Sequence record: PV730299.1
Reading direction: 5' to 3' (one strand)
Length of the DNA stretch: 64,000 bases
Source: a phage
Positions 35,499 to 45,626 of the stretch are shown in pieces. Both the position numbers and the translations under genes were made by a program. How positions within the stretch are numbered: the stretch's first letter is position 1; each line of letters opens with the position of its first letter. The notes under the pieces were generated by a model. It made no database searches. It saw nothing but the letters and a program-made list of their open reading frames with translations, and was not told where the DNA came from.

Positions 35499-38459
35499 TC
35501 AGATCTTAATCTGCATGTTGCCACCCAGGGACTGCTCGTACTCGCTGTATGCGCCTTCCCCGTAGTCTCGTGCCCACTGGTCAGACTGCTGGGCACTATC
35601 CAGAGTCATCAGGTTTGGTTCAGTCGGGTTGTAACCCTTGGACTTCGCATCCCGGTACAGAGTCTGCAGGTACTGGTTGGCGCGGTCAATCTGAGCTTTG
35701 AACTCGCGATATGCCCCTTCAGTTGTGTTGCGGCGGAAGGTGATATCCCAGTCCACGTTCAGAGTCTGACCATCACGGCTTGCATAGATCTGCCAATCCA
35801 GGTCGCGACCTTTTGGTGCGTTGTCGCGGATGGAGTCGGCGTATGCCGCAAGGTCGTCCTTCGGATTGTGCGACGTGCTTTTCAGAAGTAGTGCATGACC
35901 CATACCACCGTTTGACTGAAGAGACCATTTTCCTGTTTCTCTTCCCAGGCGTTCTATGTTGTTGAGTTGGTTTATCGACAATTCAGAAGAGTCAAATAAT
36001 ACCACATCACGTTTTTTGGGGGTTCTCACATAAGGGGTGAGATCAATGTCGATCATCCGGTTTATAAATTCTACCACTTCAGCTTGTTTCTTTGGCAATG
36101 TGGTATTGATATCCGGCGTGTTTGCTACTTTCTCCAGGCGTTTGTTTTCTGCGCTTATCATGGATAGCATAATTTGTGTAACTTTGCCGTCAGACAAGTT
36201 GTAATCATTCCAAATCACTTCACCTTTATCCGTGATGGTTATATCGTTCAAGAACACCTGGTTTGGGTTGTATGACTGACTTTTCAACTGTTGGAGGTTT
36301 CTGGAAAGATATTCCATTTTTGATGAAATCTCATCAATCACACTCTGGACCATATCTTTGTTTAAAGGAAGTTCATATGTCTTTGGATTGTTCAGGGTAC
36401 GCCCTTTCTGAGAGACAATTGGGGTGAATGCAACTTTACCTTTGTCGTAGTAATAGGTCACGTTGGTTATCATAGAAGCACCGGCGTATTTTCCCGTTTC
36501 GGGGAAATTGACATCCCACCGAATGGACATACCGTTGACAGTCTCACCAAACACCATGGCGTTGCGTGGCATCTTCAGGGTTCCAGAGTTGACCAGATCA
36601 TCGCCTTGGGCATTCAGGTCGATAGAACCATAGATGGCCCCGGTAATACGATCTTTCAGCATCAGGGTCTTGTCGCCCTTCTCTGGGATGATTTCCAGCG
36701 GGTGCTTGCCACGCGGAGGCTCTTTGATGAGTTCCAGCAGAGCAGTGTTCCCAGGCTTCACACGATTCAGGACAGCGTCTGACACTGTCAGAGTCCAGTT
36801 TGCGGTTTCTACATAACCCCAGCCCCGAGAACGGCGAATGGCTTTGATAGGGTATGGAGCGCTTGTTGGCACTGCGCTAATTTCCCATTTCCCAGTGTAC
36901 TGGGTCTTGGCAACCTCAAAGATGGACGCAATTACCGCATTGGCGACGTCACGGGCGCTGCCTTTGGCCACGTTCTCCTCTTCAGCAATTTCGCTGAAAA
37001 CTGAGTATTGAATGAAACCAGCGAGGACGTTTGTGAAGTTGACAACGATAACCAACCCGCCTGCCGTCGTGTAACGACCAGCGCCCACACGACGGATGTT
37101 CTCACCAGGAAGAATAGAAGTGTCCAGCCCAACGTTGGTATCAATGATACCCAGAACACGAGCGATGAAACCGCTGTCACGTAATTGATCAACACTGGTT
37201 GCACCCTCGGTCGAATCCGATGCGGATTTAGACACTTTGTTCAACTTGATAGAGACAAGGGTTTCCCCGTTGACACCGATGATATCCCATTCAGTACCCT
37301 GCTCGTTCGAGATGCGGGCAATCTTGCGCTTTGAATTGATGGCACCTTCGTAACGCCCGTTTTTGACCACAACAGAGGCAGTGGCAGCATCAGTCGCACT
37401 TGCTGCATTTGAAAAGTCTGGGTCGGAAATACTGATGTCGACGTCACCGTTTTGAGAACGCATGCGAACACCGTTTTTGAATCGTTCCACGTTTACTTCT
37501 CGAGCACCAAGTCGTTTGGCATCAATAACAGCAGTTCCAGAACCGATAATGTTGGCTGGGTTATTTCTGTCTGAACTGTTTTGAGAACCTTTCCAAAATT
37601 TTGTGGACGCCGTGGTGAAATCATTCAGGATACTGATAGGGACTTGCGGTAATTTCAACTGACGAGCAATGAAATCAGCACTTTGCCCACGCACAGGTTT
37701 CTCATTCATGTATGCGCCAACATACACACCCGGCTCATTGTAGTGGGGAGCGATATTTGCCGTGTTCATGCGGCCTCTCTCCTTACCAGCCCATAACAAC
37801 ATGGGCTGATCCCCGTTTGAAGTCAATTTCCATCCGTTGGAATTATCAGCAGAAGATGACACACCCACATCCGGAGTATTGTTCTGAACCGGAACGTCAC
37901 CGACCTTGTCTGGATCATCCCAGGTGATACCCTGCATCTTCGGACCGTCGAATACCTGAGCCGGATCTTTACCCTTGCGGACCAGCCACACATAACCACG
38001 GTCAGGGACAGGCGCGTAGGTCAGGTCCATGACATTCAGTTTCTGTTTCAGGCCGGACTGGCGGATGATCTTAGGAATCAGGGTCATACCGCGATCCAGC
38101 GCTTTCTTAGAGAAGTTGACAGCAAAGCCATCGATGGTCTTGCCCAGAGGAGTCGCCATGAATTGTTTGGTCGCTTCGATCATGGAAGCGATAACGCGCA
38201 TTGGGTTCTTGAAGCGAGCGATGGCGTCAGGATAGACGGAGCCGCGCTTCTGGCCGATGAAAACCTGACGAACGCTCTTGCCCAGCCCCTGAGGGGTATA
38301 GAACTGAATACGGTATTCCTTTTCATCTTCGTCGATGAAGGTGAAGAACACATCGCCTGCGTTCTTCTTACCCATGGTCAGCTCATACGGAGCGGAGTTG
38401 AACGCTTCGTCCAACTGATCTCTTTCCTGCATGAACTGGAGGAAACTTAGCTTTGACAT
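35499..38459 (-). CDS. large hypothetical protein (986 aa)
   Basis: Long uninterrupted ORF with AGGAG RBS; no polymerase, ATPase or nuclease motifs recognised; hairpin terminator downstream. Confidence 0.55.
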   Translation of the reverse strand: MSKLSFLQFMQERDQLDEAFNSAPYELTMGKKNAGDVFFTFIDEDEKEYRIQFYTPQGLGKSVRQVFIGQKRGSVYPDAIARFKNPMRVIASMIEATKQFMATPLGKTIDGFAVNFSKKALDRGMTLIPKIIRQSGLKQKLNVMDLTYAPVPDRGYVWLVRKGKDPAQVFDGPKMQGITWDDPDKVGDVPVQNNTPDVGVSSSADNSNGWKLTSNGDQPMLLWAGKERGRMNTANIAPHYNEPGVYVGAYMNEKPVRGQSADFIARQLKLPQVPISILNDFTTASTKFWKGSQNSSDRNNPANIIGSGTAVIDAKRLGAREVNVERFKNGVRMRSQNGDVDISISDPDFSNAASATDAATASVVVKNGRYEGAINSKRKIARISNEQGTEWDIIGVNGETLVSIKLNKVSKSASDSTEGATSVDQLRDSGFIARVLGIIDTNVGLDTSILPGENIRRVGAGRYTTAGGLVIVVNFTNVLAGFIQYSVFSEIAEEENVAKGSARDVANAVIASIFEVAKTQYTGKWEISAVPTSAPYPIKAIRRSRGWGYVETANWTLTVSDAVLNRVKPGNTALLELIKEPPRGKHPLEIIPEKGDKTLMLKDRITGAIYGSIDLNAQGDDLVNSGTLKMPRNAMVFGETVNGMSIRWDVNFPETGKYAGASMITNVTYYYDKGKVAFTPIVSQKGRTLNNPKTYELPLNKDMVQSVIDEISSKMEYLSRNLQQLKSQSYNPNQVFLNDITITDKGEVIWNDYNLSDGKVTQIMLSMISAENKRLEKVANTPDINTTLPKKQAEVVEFINRMIDIDLTPYVRTPKKRDVVLFDSSELSINQLNNIERLGRETGKWSLQSNGGMGHALLLKSTSHNPKDDLAAYADSIRDNAPKGRDLDWQIYASRDGQTLNVDWDITFRRNTTEGAYREFKAQIDRANQYLQTLYRDAKSKGYNPTEPNLMTLDSAQQSDQWARDYGEGAYSEYEQSLGGNMQIKI

Positions 38460-38534
38460 TTTATATCTCCTGACTGAATTAATGGCGGTTTCTTCTAATT
38501 AGCGAAACCAAAAGGGAGCGTCAGCCCCCTTATC

Positions 38535-38870
38535 TTATTTTTGAACTTGGGCTACAGACATCGCCCAGAGCGGGAGGGTGTGGGGGTCCAGGGCTTCCAG
38601 TAGATATTCGACGCGCTCTGACATGATACCTTCAGGGAAGTTTACTTCTTCTGGTTCGTTGTTGGCCGTCCAACCCAAGGTCAGTCCTTCAGCGTGATGG
38701 ATGATATAAACGAAGTCGTCTGGTTCGTAGTCCTTTTCCATCAGGTCGAAGAACGCTTCCATCTCTTCGTCGGAGAAGTAGTAGATGCGAGGTACGGAGC
38801 CGTCAGCAAAGTGCTCAGCACCCTGGAAGGCAAACATGTCATCGGCGGTGAAGTTCTTGAGTTGTGTCAT
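38535..38870 (-). CDS. hypothetical acidic protein
   Basis: Start at MTQLKNF with AAGGAACTATATC-ATG motif. Confidence 0.4.
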   Translation of the reverse strand: MTQLKNFTADDMFAFQGAEHFADGSVPRIYYFSDEEMEAFFDLMEKDYEPDDFVYIIHHAEGLTLGWTANNEPEEVNFPEGIMSERVEYLLEALDPHTLPLWAMSVAQVQK

Positions 38871-38892
38871 GATATAGTTCCTTCGGTTCAAA

Positions 38893-39168
38893 TTAACGGC
38901 GGAAAGGGCGGTTTGCGTTTTCGCGGTTAGACCAATTCTTTTCAGCCCGAGCGATAGCCGCTGGACTCCATTCGCGCTCCCACTCTTTGTCTACTTCAGC
39001 CTGGTTGGCAGGCTCTACCATTTCAACGCCAGGGAAGTCGCGTGACATGATTTCGCGCAGCTGGGCAGCTGGGGCGGTCTGGGCGTGGATCAATTCTTCG
39101 CCGTCGTAAACCTTGGCCATCAGGTATTTCTGACCGTGGCGGATATATGCGTCGAGAATAATTTTCAT
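38893..39168 (-). CDS. hypothetical protein
   Basis: Start at MKIIL with AGGAACTACACC-ATG motif. Confidence 0.4.
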   Translation of the reverse strand: MKIILDAYIRHGQKYLMAKVYDGEELIHAQTAPAAQLREIMSRDFPGVEMVEPANQAEVDKEWEREWSPAAIARAEKNWSNRENANRPFRR

Positions 39169-39239
39169 GGTGTAGTTCCTGCTTTTCAAGTTGGTGTTGT
39201 ACTGCTTATGGAATGAAGTATAGGGAAGGATATTGAAGA

Positions 39240-39262
39240 AGTAAAGGGGCGAAAGCCCCTTT
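39240..39262 (-). terminator. rho-independent terminator (possibly bidirectional)
   Basis: AGGGGC-gaaa-GCCCCT flanked by T-runs on both strands. Confidence 0.55.
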
Positions 39263-39275
39263 TATTGAATTATTT

Positions 39276-39914
39276 TTACGGCGTCGGATTCGCAACCGGA
39301 ATGTGGGATCGAATACCTGCGATGATATCCTTCAGCTGTGGTTTCCAGCCATTTACCAAACGGGGGAGAGCGATAGCGCCAGGCTGGACCAAAATGATGT
39401 CGCTGCCTGTGATATTGTGCTGAGGGAACTGGGCAAGGTACTGCTCCATGGTGACACCCTCATCAATCAGAACCGCACCGACGTCAGACGATGCGTAGGT
39501 TGCACCCAGACCGTCAACGCCCCACGCCAAAATACCCCAGTCAGGGATGTTGGCTTCAGATGTGATGGTGAATCCAAACACGGTGTTCAGTGAGGTAAAG
39601 GAATAGACATCGTGGGTGAGGTCATACACCAGATACCCCTTGGCCAGCATATCGGCAAAGATCGCGTCCGTATCGCCTGCAGCCGGAGTCGGTACAGTAA
39701 ACAACAACTCGCCCTCAGGAGGGGCAGGATACGTACCGAGGGCATAGAGGCACCATGCGTCAATACACTTCTTGATAAATGCCTCCGGTGCGACATAATC
39801 AGCAAGGCGAACCGTGCCTGAGTACTCGGATACGATGATGCCTTCCTTCGCACCCTGTAGAGCAATGAAGACCAAGATATGTTCATATCCGGCCTGAGAT
39901 GGAGTGATGTTCAT
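39276..39914 (-). CDS. hypothetical protein
   Basis: Start moved to MNITPS (TAATG overlap with upstream gene); terminator downstream. Confidence 0.45.
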   Translation of the reverse strand: MNITPSQAGYEHILVFIALQGAKEGIIVSEYSGTVRLADYVAPEAFIKKCIDAWCLYALGTYPAPPEGELLFTVPTPAAGDTDAIFADMLAKGYLVYDLTHDVYSFTSLNTVFGFTITSEANIPDWGILAWGVDGLGATYASSDVGAVLIDEGVTMEQYLAQFPQHNITGSDIILVQPGAIALPRLVNGWKPQLKDIIAGIRSHIPVANPTP

Positions 39915-40528
39915 TATCTTGTCCTCTTCAGTTTCTCTATCGTGTGCTTGTTCATGGCGATCACCCGAGGATCTACCTCGGAGATGGTCCGGCCTTTGAA
40001 GGACACACATTTCTGAAGATATTTAGCTTTCTTCACGACGTCAGCGGCATAAGCGTTCGATGCAGGATTACGGGCAAAGCCAGCATTGTAAGAGGAGAGG
40101 GATTTGCGGATATTCTGATTGTGATAGGTCAGCCAGAACTGCATCTCATCGAGGGCGGCTTGCGCGGCATATTCTTGGTCGGTCAGCAACTTTATGGCGA
40201 CATTGGCATAGCACTTGCGATTCTTACAACCTTCGCGATCACCAACTGTCTTCACCTTGTTCTGAAAGGCTCCCATGTTGGCCGCCTTGAGGCCGTATCG
40301 CATTGACACTACATCTTCACCAGCGCGGCTCTCTCGCCAAGATATGGCGGCCAGAGTGTAGCCAAGATCTTGTGTCTTGCCTACGTGATAGGCGGTTGCC
40401 ATCGTATTAAGTTGTTGCTCGGAGAAATTATAATCACATTGGGTGGTACTTTGGGAAGCGTGCACATTCCCGCTGGCAATGGTAAAGGTCACGGACAAGG
40501 CCATGGCCTTCAACGTTGTCATCGTCAT
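39914..40528 (-). CDS. secreted lytic transglycosylase-like (SLT domain) protein
   Basis: 204 aa; N-terminal signal peptide (MTMTTLKAMALSVTFTIASGNVHA); SLT-like catalytic context LAAISWRESRAG and NAGFARNPASNAY. Confidence 0.55.
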   Translation of the reverse strand: MTMTTLKAMALSVTFTIASGNVHASQSTTQCDYNFSEQQLNTMATAYHVGKTQDLGYTLAAISWRESRAGEDVVSMRYGLKAANMGAFQNKVKTVGDREGCKNRKCYANVAIKLLTDQEYAAQAALDEMQFWLTYHNQNIRKSLSSYNAGFARNPASNAYAADVVKKAKYLQKCVSFKGRTISEVDPRVIAMNKHTIEKLKRTR

Positions 40529-40582
40529 GATGGCGTTCCTTATGTTTTGTCGACTTGCAGCTCGCTTGAGCCTCCTGACAGG

Positions 40583-40620
40583 GGTTAAAAGATAAAGGGC
40601 ACGTGGTATTTAGTGCCCTT
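40583..40620 (-). terminator. rho-independent terminator
   Basis: 8-bp stem AAGGGCAC/GTGCCCTT with 10-nt loop, followed on minus strand by TTATCTTTTAACC. Confidence 0.5.
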
Positions 40621-40625
40621 CAGCC

Positions 40626-40910
40626 TCATTCGTAGATGAGGTGGTAGGATTCCTCGATGCACTCCAGCCAGCCATAGACGAACTGTAGAGGGTCATCCCA
40701 TGCCGTCTTGGTCGCGACGGTAAAGTTGCCGTCCAGGATCTGCATATCTTGGTACTTGTTGAAAGCGAGTACAGCATCAACCACAATCAGGCCGCCCTGC
40801 TCAAGATAACGATTCAGAGTGACGGTCACTTGGTAATGAGGATTCCTGCGATTCCATATCTCCACAGCAATGTCACAGGATTCCTGAATTTCATCTTTGT
40901 TTTCTGACAT
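40626..40910 (-). CDS. hypothetical protein
   Basis: 94-aa ORF; terminator downstream. Confidence 0.4.
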   Translation of the reverse strand: MSENKDEIQESCDIAVEIWNRRNPHYQVTVTLNRYLEQGGLIVVDAVLAFNKYQDMQILDGNFTVATKTAWDDPLQFVYGWLECIEESYHLIYE

Positions 40911-41220
40911 ACGTTTGTCTCAGATGTTCAGTAAAGGATTTACCCAGCTTGCGGAATAGTTTAATACGACCAATGACTTTGACGTAAACATCTCCGTGGC
41001 AGGGGCGCGGCTTACACCAGCACCCCAATACCTTCCCGTCAAGATCAAGGAGTTCATCCTCAGTGATATCCCCTTCAATCAGGCGCACATACAGGTCGTC
41101 CTCAAACAGTTCGATACAGACGCCTCGTCCATGGTCTTTGACCTCAAACGGGTTCCCCCATTTACCAGGCCGACCAATGTAGACGTCATATGGCTCCTTC
41201 TTGAAGTGGACGACTTTCAT
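40891..41220 (-). CDS. DUF4326-family protein
   Basis: 109 aa; signature YDVYIGRPGKWGNPF and GCWCKPRPCHGDV. Confidence 0.65.
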   Translation of the reverse strand: MKVVHFKKEPYDVYIGRPGKWGNPFEVKDHGRGVCIELFEDDLYVRLIEGDITEDELLDLDGKVLGCWCKPRPCHGDVYVKVIGRIKLFRKLGKSFTEHLRQTYVRKQR

Positions 41221-41382
41221 TTCAGGATTTGACCTGCAAGTAGATAACAGAACCAGACAGAGAACCCGAGATACCCCAGTGATTTCAGGTAGTTTTTCCT
41301 TTCGACTTCACGAGAAAACGCAACGATGTCAATGATGCATGCAAAGATCAGTATTGCGAGTTTAATTTGTTCGTAGTTCATG
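41219..41382 (-). CDS. small membrane protein (54 aa, not in ORF track)
   Basis: ATG preceded by AAGGA; hydrophobic core; stop overlaps next start (ATGA). Confidence 0.3.
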
Positions 41383-41383
41383 A

Positions 41384-43729
41384 TCAATCCTTCTTGATAA
41401 CTTCAGTCAGGCCGTTTCGCAGACCGTAGCGAATGTTGTGTTGGAAGTATTCCTGGAACTCCTGCTCACGCTGACTGATGACAAACAGGTTGTTCCCACC
41501 GAACTTATGCTTCAACATCTCAACAGATTCCTGCACCCCGCGCTCGCTCATGTTCTCAAGGATCTCGTCCAGCACGAACAGGTTACATTGTACAGACGCC
41601 TTGAGGTTAGCCACATCGCGCAGGGCTAATGTCACAGCCAGGTTCAGACGACTGCGCTGGCCAGTAGACAGGGAGAAGATACTCTGTCCTTTGCGACCTG
41701 CTGCGCTCATGGTGATCTCAAAGGTATCGTCAACAACGATGTCCAAGAACATGTTGAGGGCTTCAAGATACTCGTTGATCTTACTATTGAGGAATGGCAG
41801 ATACAGAGCGATGATACGCGCCTTGGTCTGGTCATCTTTCAAGAAGAACAGCAGGTGCTGTAAGTCCTGGAGTTCCTGGTCGGCATCCTCGCGGCGCTGG
41901 TATAGATCCTCCAGTTCACCTTCCAACGCAGCGATAGAGTTCTCTAGGTCGGTGGTAGGTGTTGGCTGTACAGCCAGTTTACGCTCCAGATCGGCAATAG
42001 ACGCCACGAGAGGAGCACGACGGGCTTTCAGCTCGGCGATCTTATCATCGACGACTTTAATCCCGCTGACGGCATTCTCTCGCGTCTGTTGCAGCGAAGC
42101 GGTGATGTCTTCAAAACGAACGTTCAGTGCCTTACGGATGTCAAGGATCTTCTGTTGGCATTCACGGTTCAGTGAATTACATTCAATCGTGGCGGTATCA
42201 TGAAAACCTTGAATATCACGGCGCAGCTGCTTGATGTTGTCAACGATTTCGTCGGCCTGCTTGCGCATTGCATCCAGTTCAGCATCCAACACAGCAATGT
42301 CAGCAACCAGCTTGTCGTCCTGAGCCTTGTGATCATCGATCAGGACATTGATATCGGCGGTAACTTTGTCCAGTTGATCTAACTTCGACTGTAGTTCCTG
42401 GATCTGAGGATTGTACTCACTCTCAATCCGCGCCTTGGTGTCATCAGACACCAGTTGGGTACATGTTGGGCAAGTCCCCATATCGTGGAAGCGCTTGATG
42501 GCCGACTGATGCCCCTCCATTTCAGTCTGGAACTTGATGCGGAAGTTCTCACCCTGTTGGCGACGCTGGATAGCAGCGTTCAGGGCGTCCAGATTTGTGT
42601 TGCGCTCGGTGAGCAGGGTGTTCTTGCGTTCGGCCACTGTAAAGGCGCGGTCACGCAAGACCTGAAGATCATGCTCCGCAGTAGACACTTCGATGCGCTC
42701 ATAATCGTCAGCCTTGTCCTGCGCGGCGTCCTTCACCGCCTGGATCTTGGTATCAAAGTCTTTCTTGACAGCCTCGATCTCTACCATGGATTCATCATGC
42801 AGGCGGCTTTCCACCGTCTTCATTTCCTGGGTGGCTTCAAACTCCACAGCCGTGAGGCGGGTGCGCTCTTCGTTCTGGGAAGCGATGTCGATATCCAGGG
42901 AATTCAGGGCTTCCTGTTGCTGTACAAGGATATCGGCCGATTGCTGTCGGATCAGGGCGTTGGATTGCTCGATCTGCTGAAGCTGCGTCTTCTTGTTGGT
43001 GTGGTCAACAACCTTCAGTGCGCATTCGTTAGATATAGAGTCCAGAGTTGCATTTGTCCTTTTGATGGCGGCCTTGACATCTTCGTTCATCAGGCTGAAG
43101 AAGCCCAAGTCCCAGATAGTCTCCACCATGGCGCGGCGGTCGGCTGTGTACATCTCCGTGAACGGAATGAACTTCTCTTTGCCCAGCACCAGAGAGTTCT
43201 CAAACATCTTCTGGTCCACGCCGATGAGGTTCACGATGTACTTGTTCATGTCGGCTTTGGCTGCTTCGTTATCGATCTTCAACCACTTGCCGTCCACCAT
43301 CTGGTATACTTCAACAAAGTCAGGTTTAATGCCACGGCGAACCTTCCATTCGCTACCACGGCAGGCAAACTCCACCTCACCCACACATTCCTTGCGGCTC
43401 TGTGAGTTAACCAGGCCTGCCTTCTTCTCCTTCTTGCTGTATGTGTCGTTGTACAGTACGAAAAACAGCAGCCATACCAGCATCGTGGATTTACCCGCGC
43501 CGTTGTCATCAGACGTGACAAGGGTGGCCGGGTTGCGCTGATAATCAATCTCCATGAACTGATTGCCGATGGAGCGGAAGTTCTTGGCGCGGCCTTTACG
43601 GAAGGTCAGTTTGTGTGTAACAACGTTACGCACTTCAAATGGGACTTCAACCTCGACCGGGGCGTCGGCTTCCTTCAAAAGATTACCAAATTTGGTCAAG
43701 ATATCTGTGCTCTGAGTCATGTTATGCAT
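41384..43729 (-). CDS. SbcC/Rad50-like recombination ATPase (T4 gp46-like)
   Basis: 781 aa; N-terminal P-loop (SDDNGAGKST), long coiled-coil with zinc hook CPTC, C-terminal signature/Walker B region. Confidence 0.85.
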   Translation of the reverse strand: MHNMTQSTDILTKFGNLLKEADAPVEVEVPFEVRNVVTHKLTFRKGRAKNFRSIGNQFMEIDYQRNPATLVTSDDNGAGKSTMLVWLLFFVLYNDTYSKKEKKAGLVNSQSRKECVGEVEFACRGSEWKVRRGIKPDFVEVYQMVDGKWLKIDNEAAKADMNKYIVNLIGVDQKMFENSLVLGKEKFIPFTEMYTADRRAMVETIWDLGFFSLMNEDVKAAIKRTNATLDSISNECALKVVDHTNKKTQLQQIEQSNALIRQQSADILVQQQEALNSLDIDIASQNEERTRLTAVEFEATQEMKTVESRLHDESMVEIEAVKKDFDTKIQAVKDAAQDKADDYERIEVSTAEHDLQVLRDRAFTVAERKNTLLTERNTNLDALNAAIQRRQQGENFRIKFQTEMEGHQSAIKRFHDMGTCPTCTQLVSDDTKARIESEYNPQIQELQSKLDQLDKVTADINVLIDDHKAQDDKLVADIAVLDAELDAMRKQADEIVDNIKQLRRDIQGFHDTATIECNSLNRECQQKILDIRKALNVRFEDITASLQQTRENAVSGIKVVDDKIAELKARRAPLVASIADLERKLAVQPTPTTDLENSIAALEGELEDLYQRREDADQELQDLQHLLFFLKDDQTKARIIALYLPFLNSKINEYLEALNMFLDIVVDDTFEITMSAAGRKGQSIFSLSTGQRSRLNLAVTLALRDVANLKASVQCNLFVLDEILENMSERGVQESVEMLKHKFGGNNLFVISQREQEFQEYFQHNIRYGLRNGLTEVIKKD

Positions 43730-44837
43730 CCAGTTTGTTCAGGCGTTGTTGGGCAGCATTATAGAAGTGCTCTGCTAGTTTACAGACATTGTCGGGGCGC
43801 TGAATGTTGTTCCCTGCGCGGATATCCTTCTTCAGGACTTCCACCGCATCGGTCGCCACCATCTCTTCGGTGACCTCAACCTTCTCGGCAGCAACAGTAA
43901 TCGTCCGGTCGATGAAGTTGTAGTCAATACACTTGCATCGCTTCATGGCATCACAGAACTTTTCATAATGCTTAGCATTGTCGCGGTTCTGTACAATAAC
44001 CTTAACGATTTGCCCTTCAATACCCAAGCCTGTGTTCAACCATTCCGGGTCGATCCAATTACCTTCTTCATCAGAGGACAACTTGGTGTAATCATATTCC
44101 ACATAGCGGAACAGCGTCTGGTGCTCGGCGTTCGGGATAAAGATCTCACCACCACGCATGTCGTCCACATAGAAGCCACGGTTAGTGCCGTCTTTGTAGT
44201 CTTCCCAGTTCAGGTGATACGGAGTCCCAATATATTGAATGTTACCTTCCATCGAACGGGTATGGAAATGCCCCGTGTCGACCCTGGTAAACTTGGAAAG
44301 CAGAGCAACGTCGATCTGACCGTGATCACAAGTAGAAGACTGGTACATTTTGAACCCCGCCAGCTCCAGATGCGCAAAACAGTACTCGGCGTCTGTATCT
44401 TGTATCGCTTTAATAGACGCATCATAGTTCTCCTTGTTGATCCAAGGCAGCAGCAGAGTCTTGACACCCTCGATCATCACTTCGGTCGGTTCGCTGTAAT
44501 AGCAGTACACATCCGGGTCGAGTTCGTTCAGGTAGGATGGCCAGTTGATGCGGTTGGACTCTTCCAGGGTGATATCATGGTTACCCACGATGCCATTCCA
44601 CTTGATACCAGCCGCTTTCAACGCAGGGGTGAGTTCATCCTTCAGCCAGTCTTTGTCACGACCGTACATGAATTTGCGGACATCAAACGTATCACCGAAC
44701 TGCCAGACCTCTTTGATATCAGAGTCGACAAGTTCAGGAATGAAATAATTGATGAGATAGTTCTTGATGAAGTCGCGAACGTATCGAGAACCATTACGGC
44801 TCCCGATATGCAGATCGCCAATTTTAGCAATCGCCAT
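43722..44837 (-). CDS. SbcD/Mre11-like nuclease (T4 gp47-like)
   Basis: 371 aa; calcineurin-like phosphoesterase motifs GDLHIG and GNHD; 8-nt overlap with SbcC-like gene. Confidence 0.85.
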   Translation of the reverse strand: MAIAKIGDLHIGSRNGSRYVRDFIKNYLINYFIPELVDSDIKEVWQFGDTFDVRKFMYGRDKDWLKDELTPALKAAGIKWNGIVGNHDITLEESNRINWPSYLNELDPDVYCYYSEPTEVMIEGVKTLLLPWINKENYDASIKAIQDTDAEYCFAHLELAGFKMYQSSTCDHGQIDVALLSKFTRVDTGHFHTRSMEGNIQYIGTPYHLNWEDYKDGTNRGFYVDDMRGGEIFIPNAEHQTLFRYVEYDYTKLSSDEEGNWIDPEWLNTGLGIEGQIVKVIVQNRDNAKHYEKFCDAMKRCKCIDYNFIDRTITVAAEKVEVTEEMVATDAVEVLKKDIRAGNNIQRPDNVCKLAEHFYNAAQQRLNKLDA

Positions 44838-45615
44838 TATTCTGTTTCTCCCGTTCTTCTAATCTTTGTTTGAGGGCTTCCCAATCTGGTTCCATCGCAC
44901 AGATATTATCTTCCAGATTGAATTGGGTTTTGCCGAAGTCCTGATCTGAATTGTCTTCGGCCTGCGCTGTTACCGTATTCTTAGCCTGCGCCATGTATTG
45001 AAGTATGCCTTTCGCAATCTTTTTATTCGATTCTGCGAGACGAGCTGCCTCCACCTTCTCTCGTTCCTTCTGCCTTTGAGCGTCCTTTTTGTTCTCAAAG
45101 TTGCCGATACGTTCACGGAAGTCCATGCCAATTCCTGTAGCATCAACAAAGATCTCTTGTTGGAAGTCGGGATCGTCTGCCAGGCCTGCGAACCCACCCG
45201 CCTCTTCAAATGAGCGCAATTTGATGTACGTATGTTCTTCTTCGATATTCAGTTTACGAGCAAATGAGCGATCCGCACACATGGTCACCCAAGAAAAGAA
45301 GTTGATCTTCCCTTTCTTTCCAATATGGTCGACGTCAAAGGTGTGGAGGTAACGCAGGATGTTGACGATTGCTTCAGAGACCATGTCTTCACGGAAGGGA
45401 TAATCGCGATAGTTGTAGCGGGTACTCATCTTGGTGATGATGCGCTGGACCTGCAGAGCAACATAGTTGGGGATCTTTGGAAGCCTGGTGCCCTCAGCAA
45501 GTGCTTTCTTGCGAGCAGGGATCCAATCACGAAGGATACTAATGACACGCTCGTTGTCTTCGTCCGTGAAATATTTGACGACATTCTCCCCTCTGTCCAC
45601 GAAGTTCATTCCCAT
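44824..45615 (-). CDS. late-transcription sigma factor candidate (T4 gp55-like)
   Basis: 263 aa; N-terminal region resembles T4 gp55 as recalled; lies upstream of the SbcD/SbcC-like pair as gene 55 lies near 47/46 in T4; TATAAATA boxes present in window. Confidence 0.45.
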   Translation of the reverse strand: MGMNFVDRGENVVKYFTDEDNERVISILRDWIPARKKALAEGTRLPKIPNYVALQVQRIITKMSTRYNYRDYPFREDMVSEAIVNILRYLHTFDVDHIGKKGKINFFSWVTMCADRSFARKLNIEEEHTYIKLRSFEEAGGFAGLADDPDFQQEIFVDATGIGMDFRERIGNFENKKDAQRQKEREKVEAARLAESNKKIAKGILQYMAQAKNTVTAQAEDNSDQDFGKTQFNLEDNICAMEPDWEALKQRLEEREKQNNGDC

Positions 45616-45626
45616 TATGATAGCCC

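Noticed and set aside
35499-38459. 986-aa protein as DNA polymerase
   Set aside because: No family-B or family-A polymerase motifs (DxxSLYPS, YGDTDS or equivalent) are present
42455-43405. 316-aa plus-strand ORF inside the SbcC-like gene
   Set aside because: Antisense to a gene with clear ATPase and zinc-hook motifs; Leu/His/Val-rich composition, no RBS
43968-44873. 301-aa plus-strand ORF inside the SbcD-like gene
   Set aside because: Antisense to a gene with canonical phosphoesterase motifs; no start context
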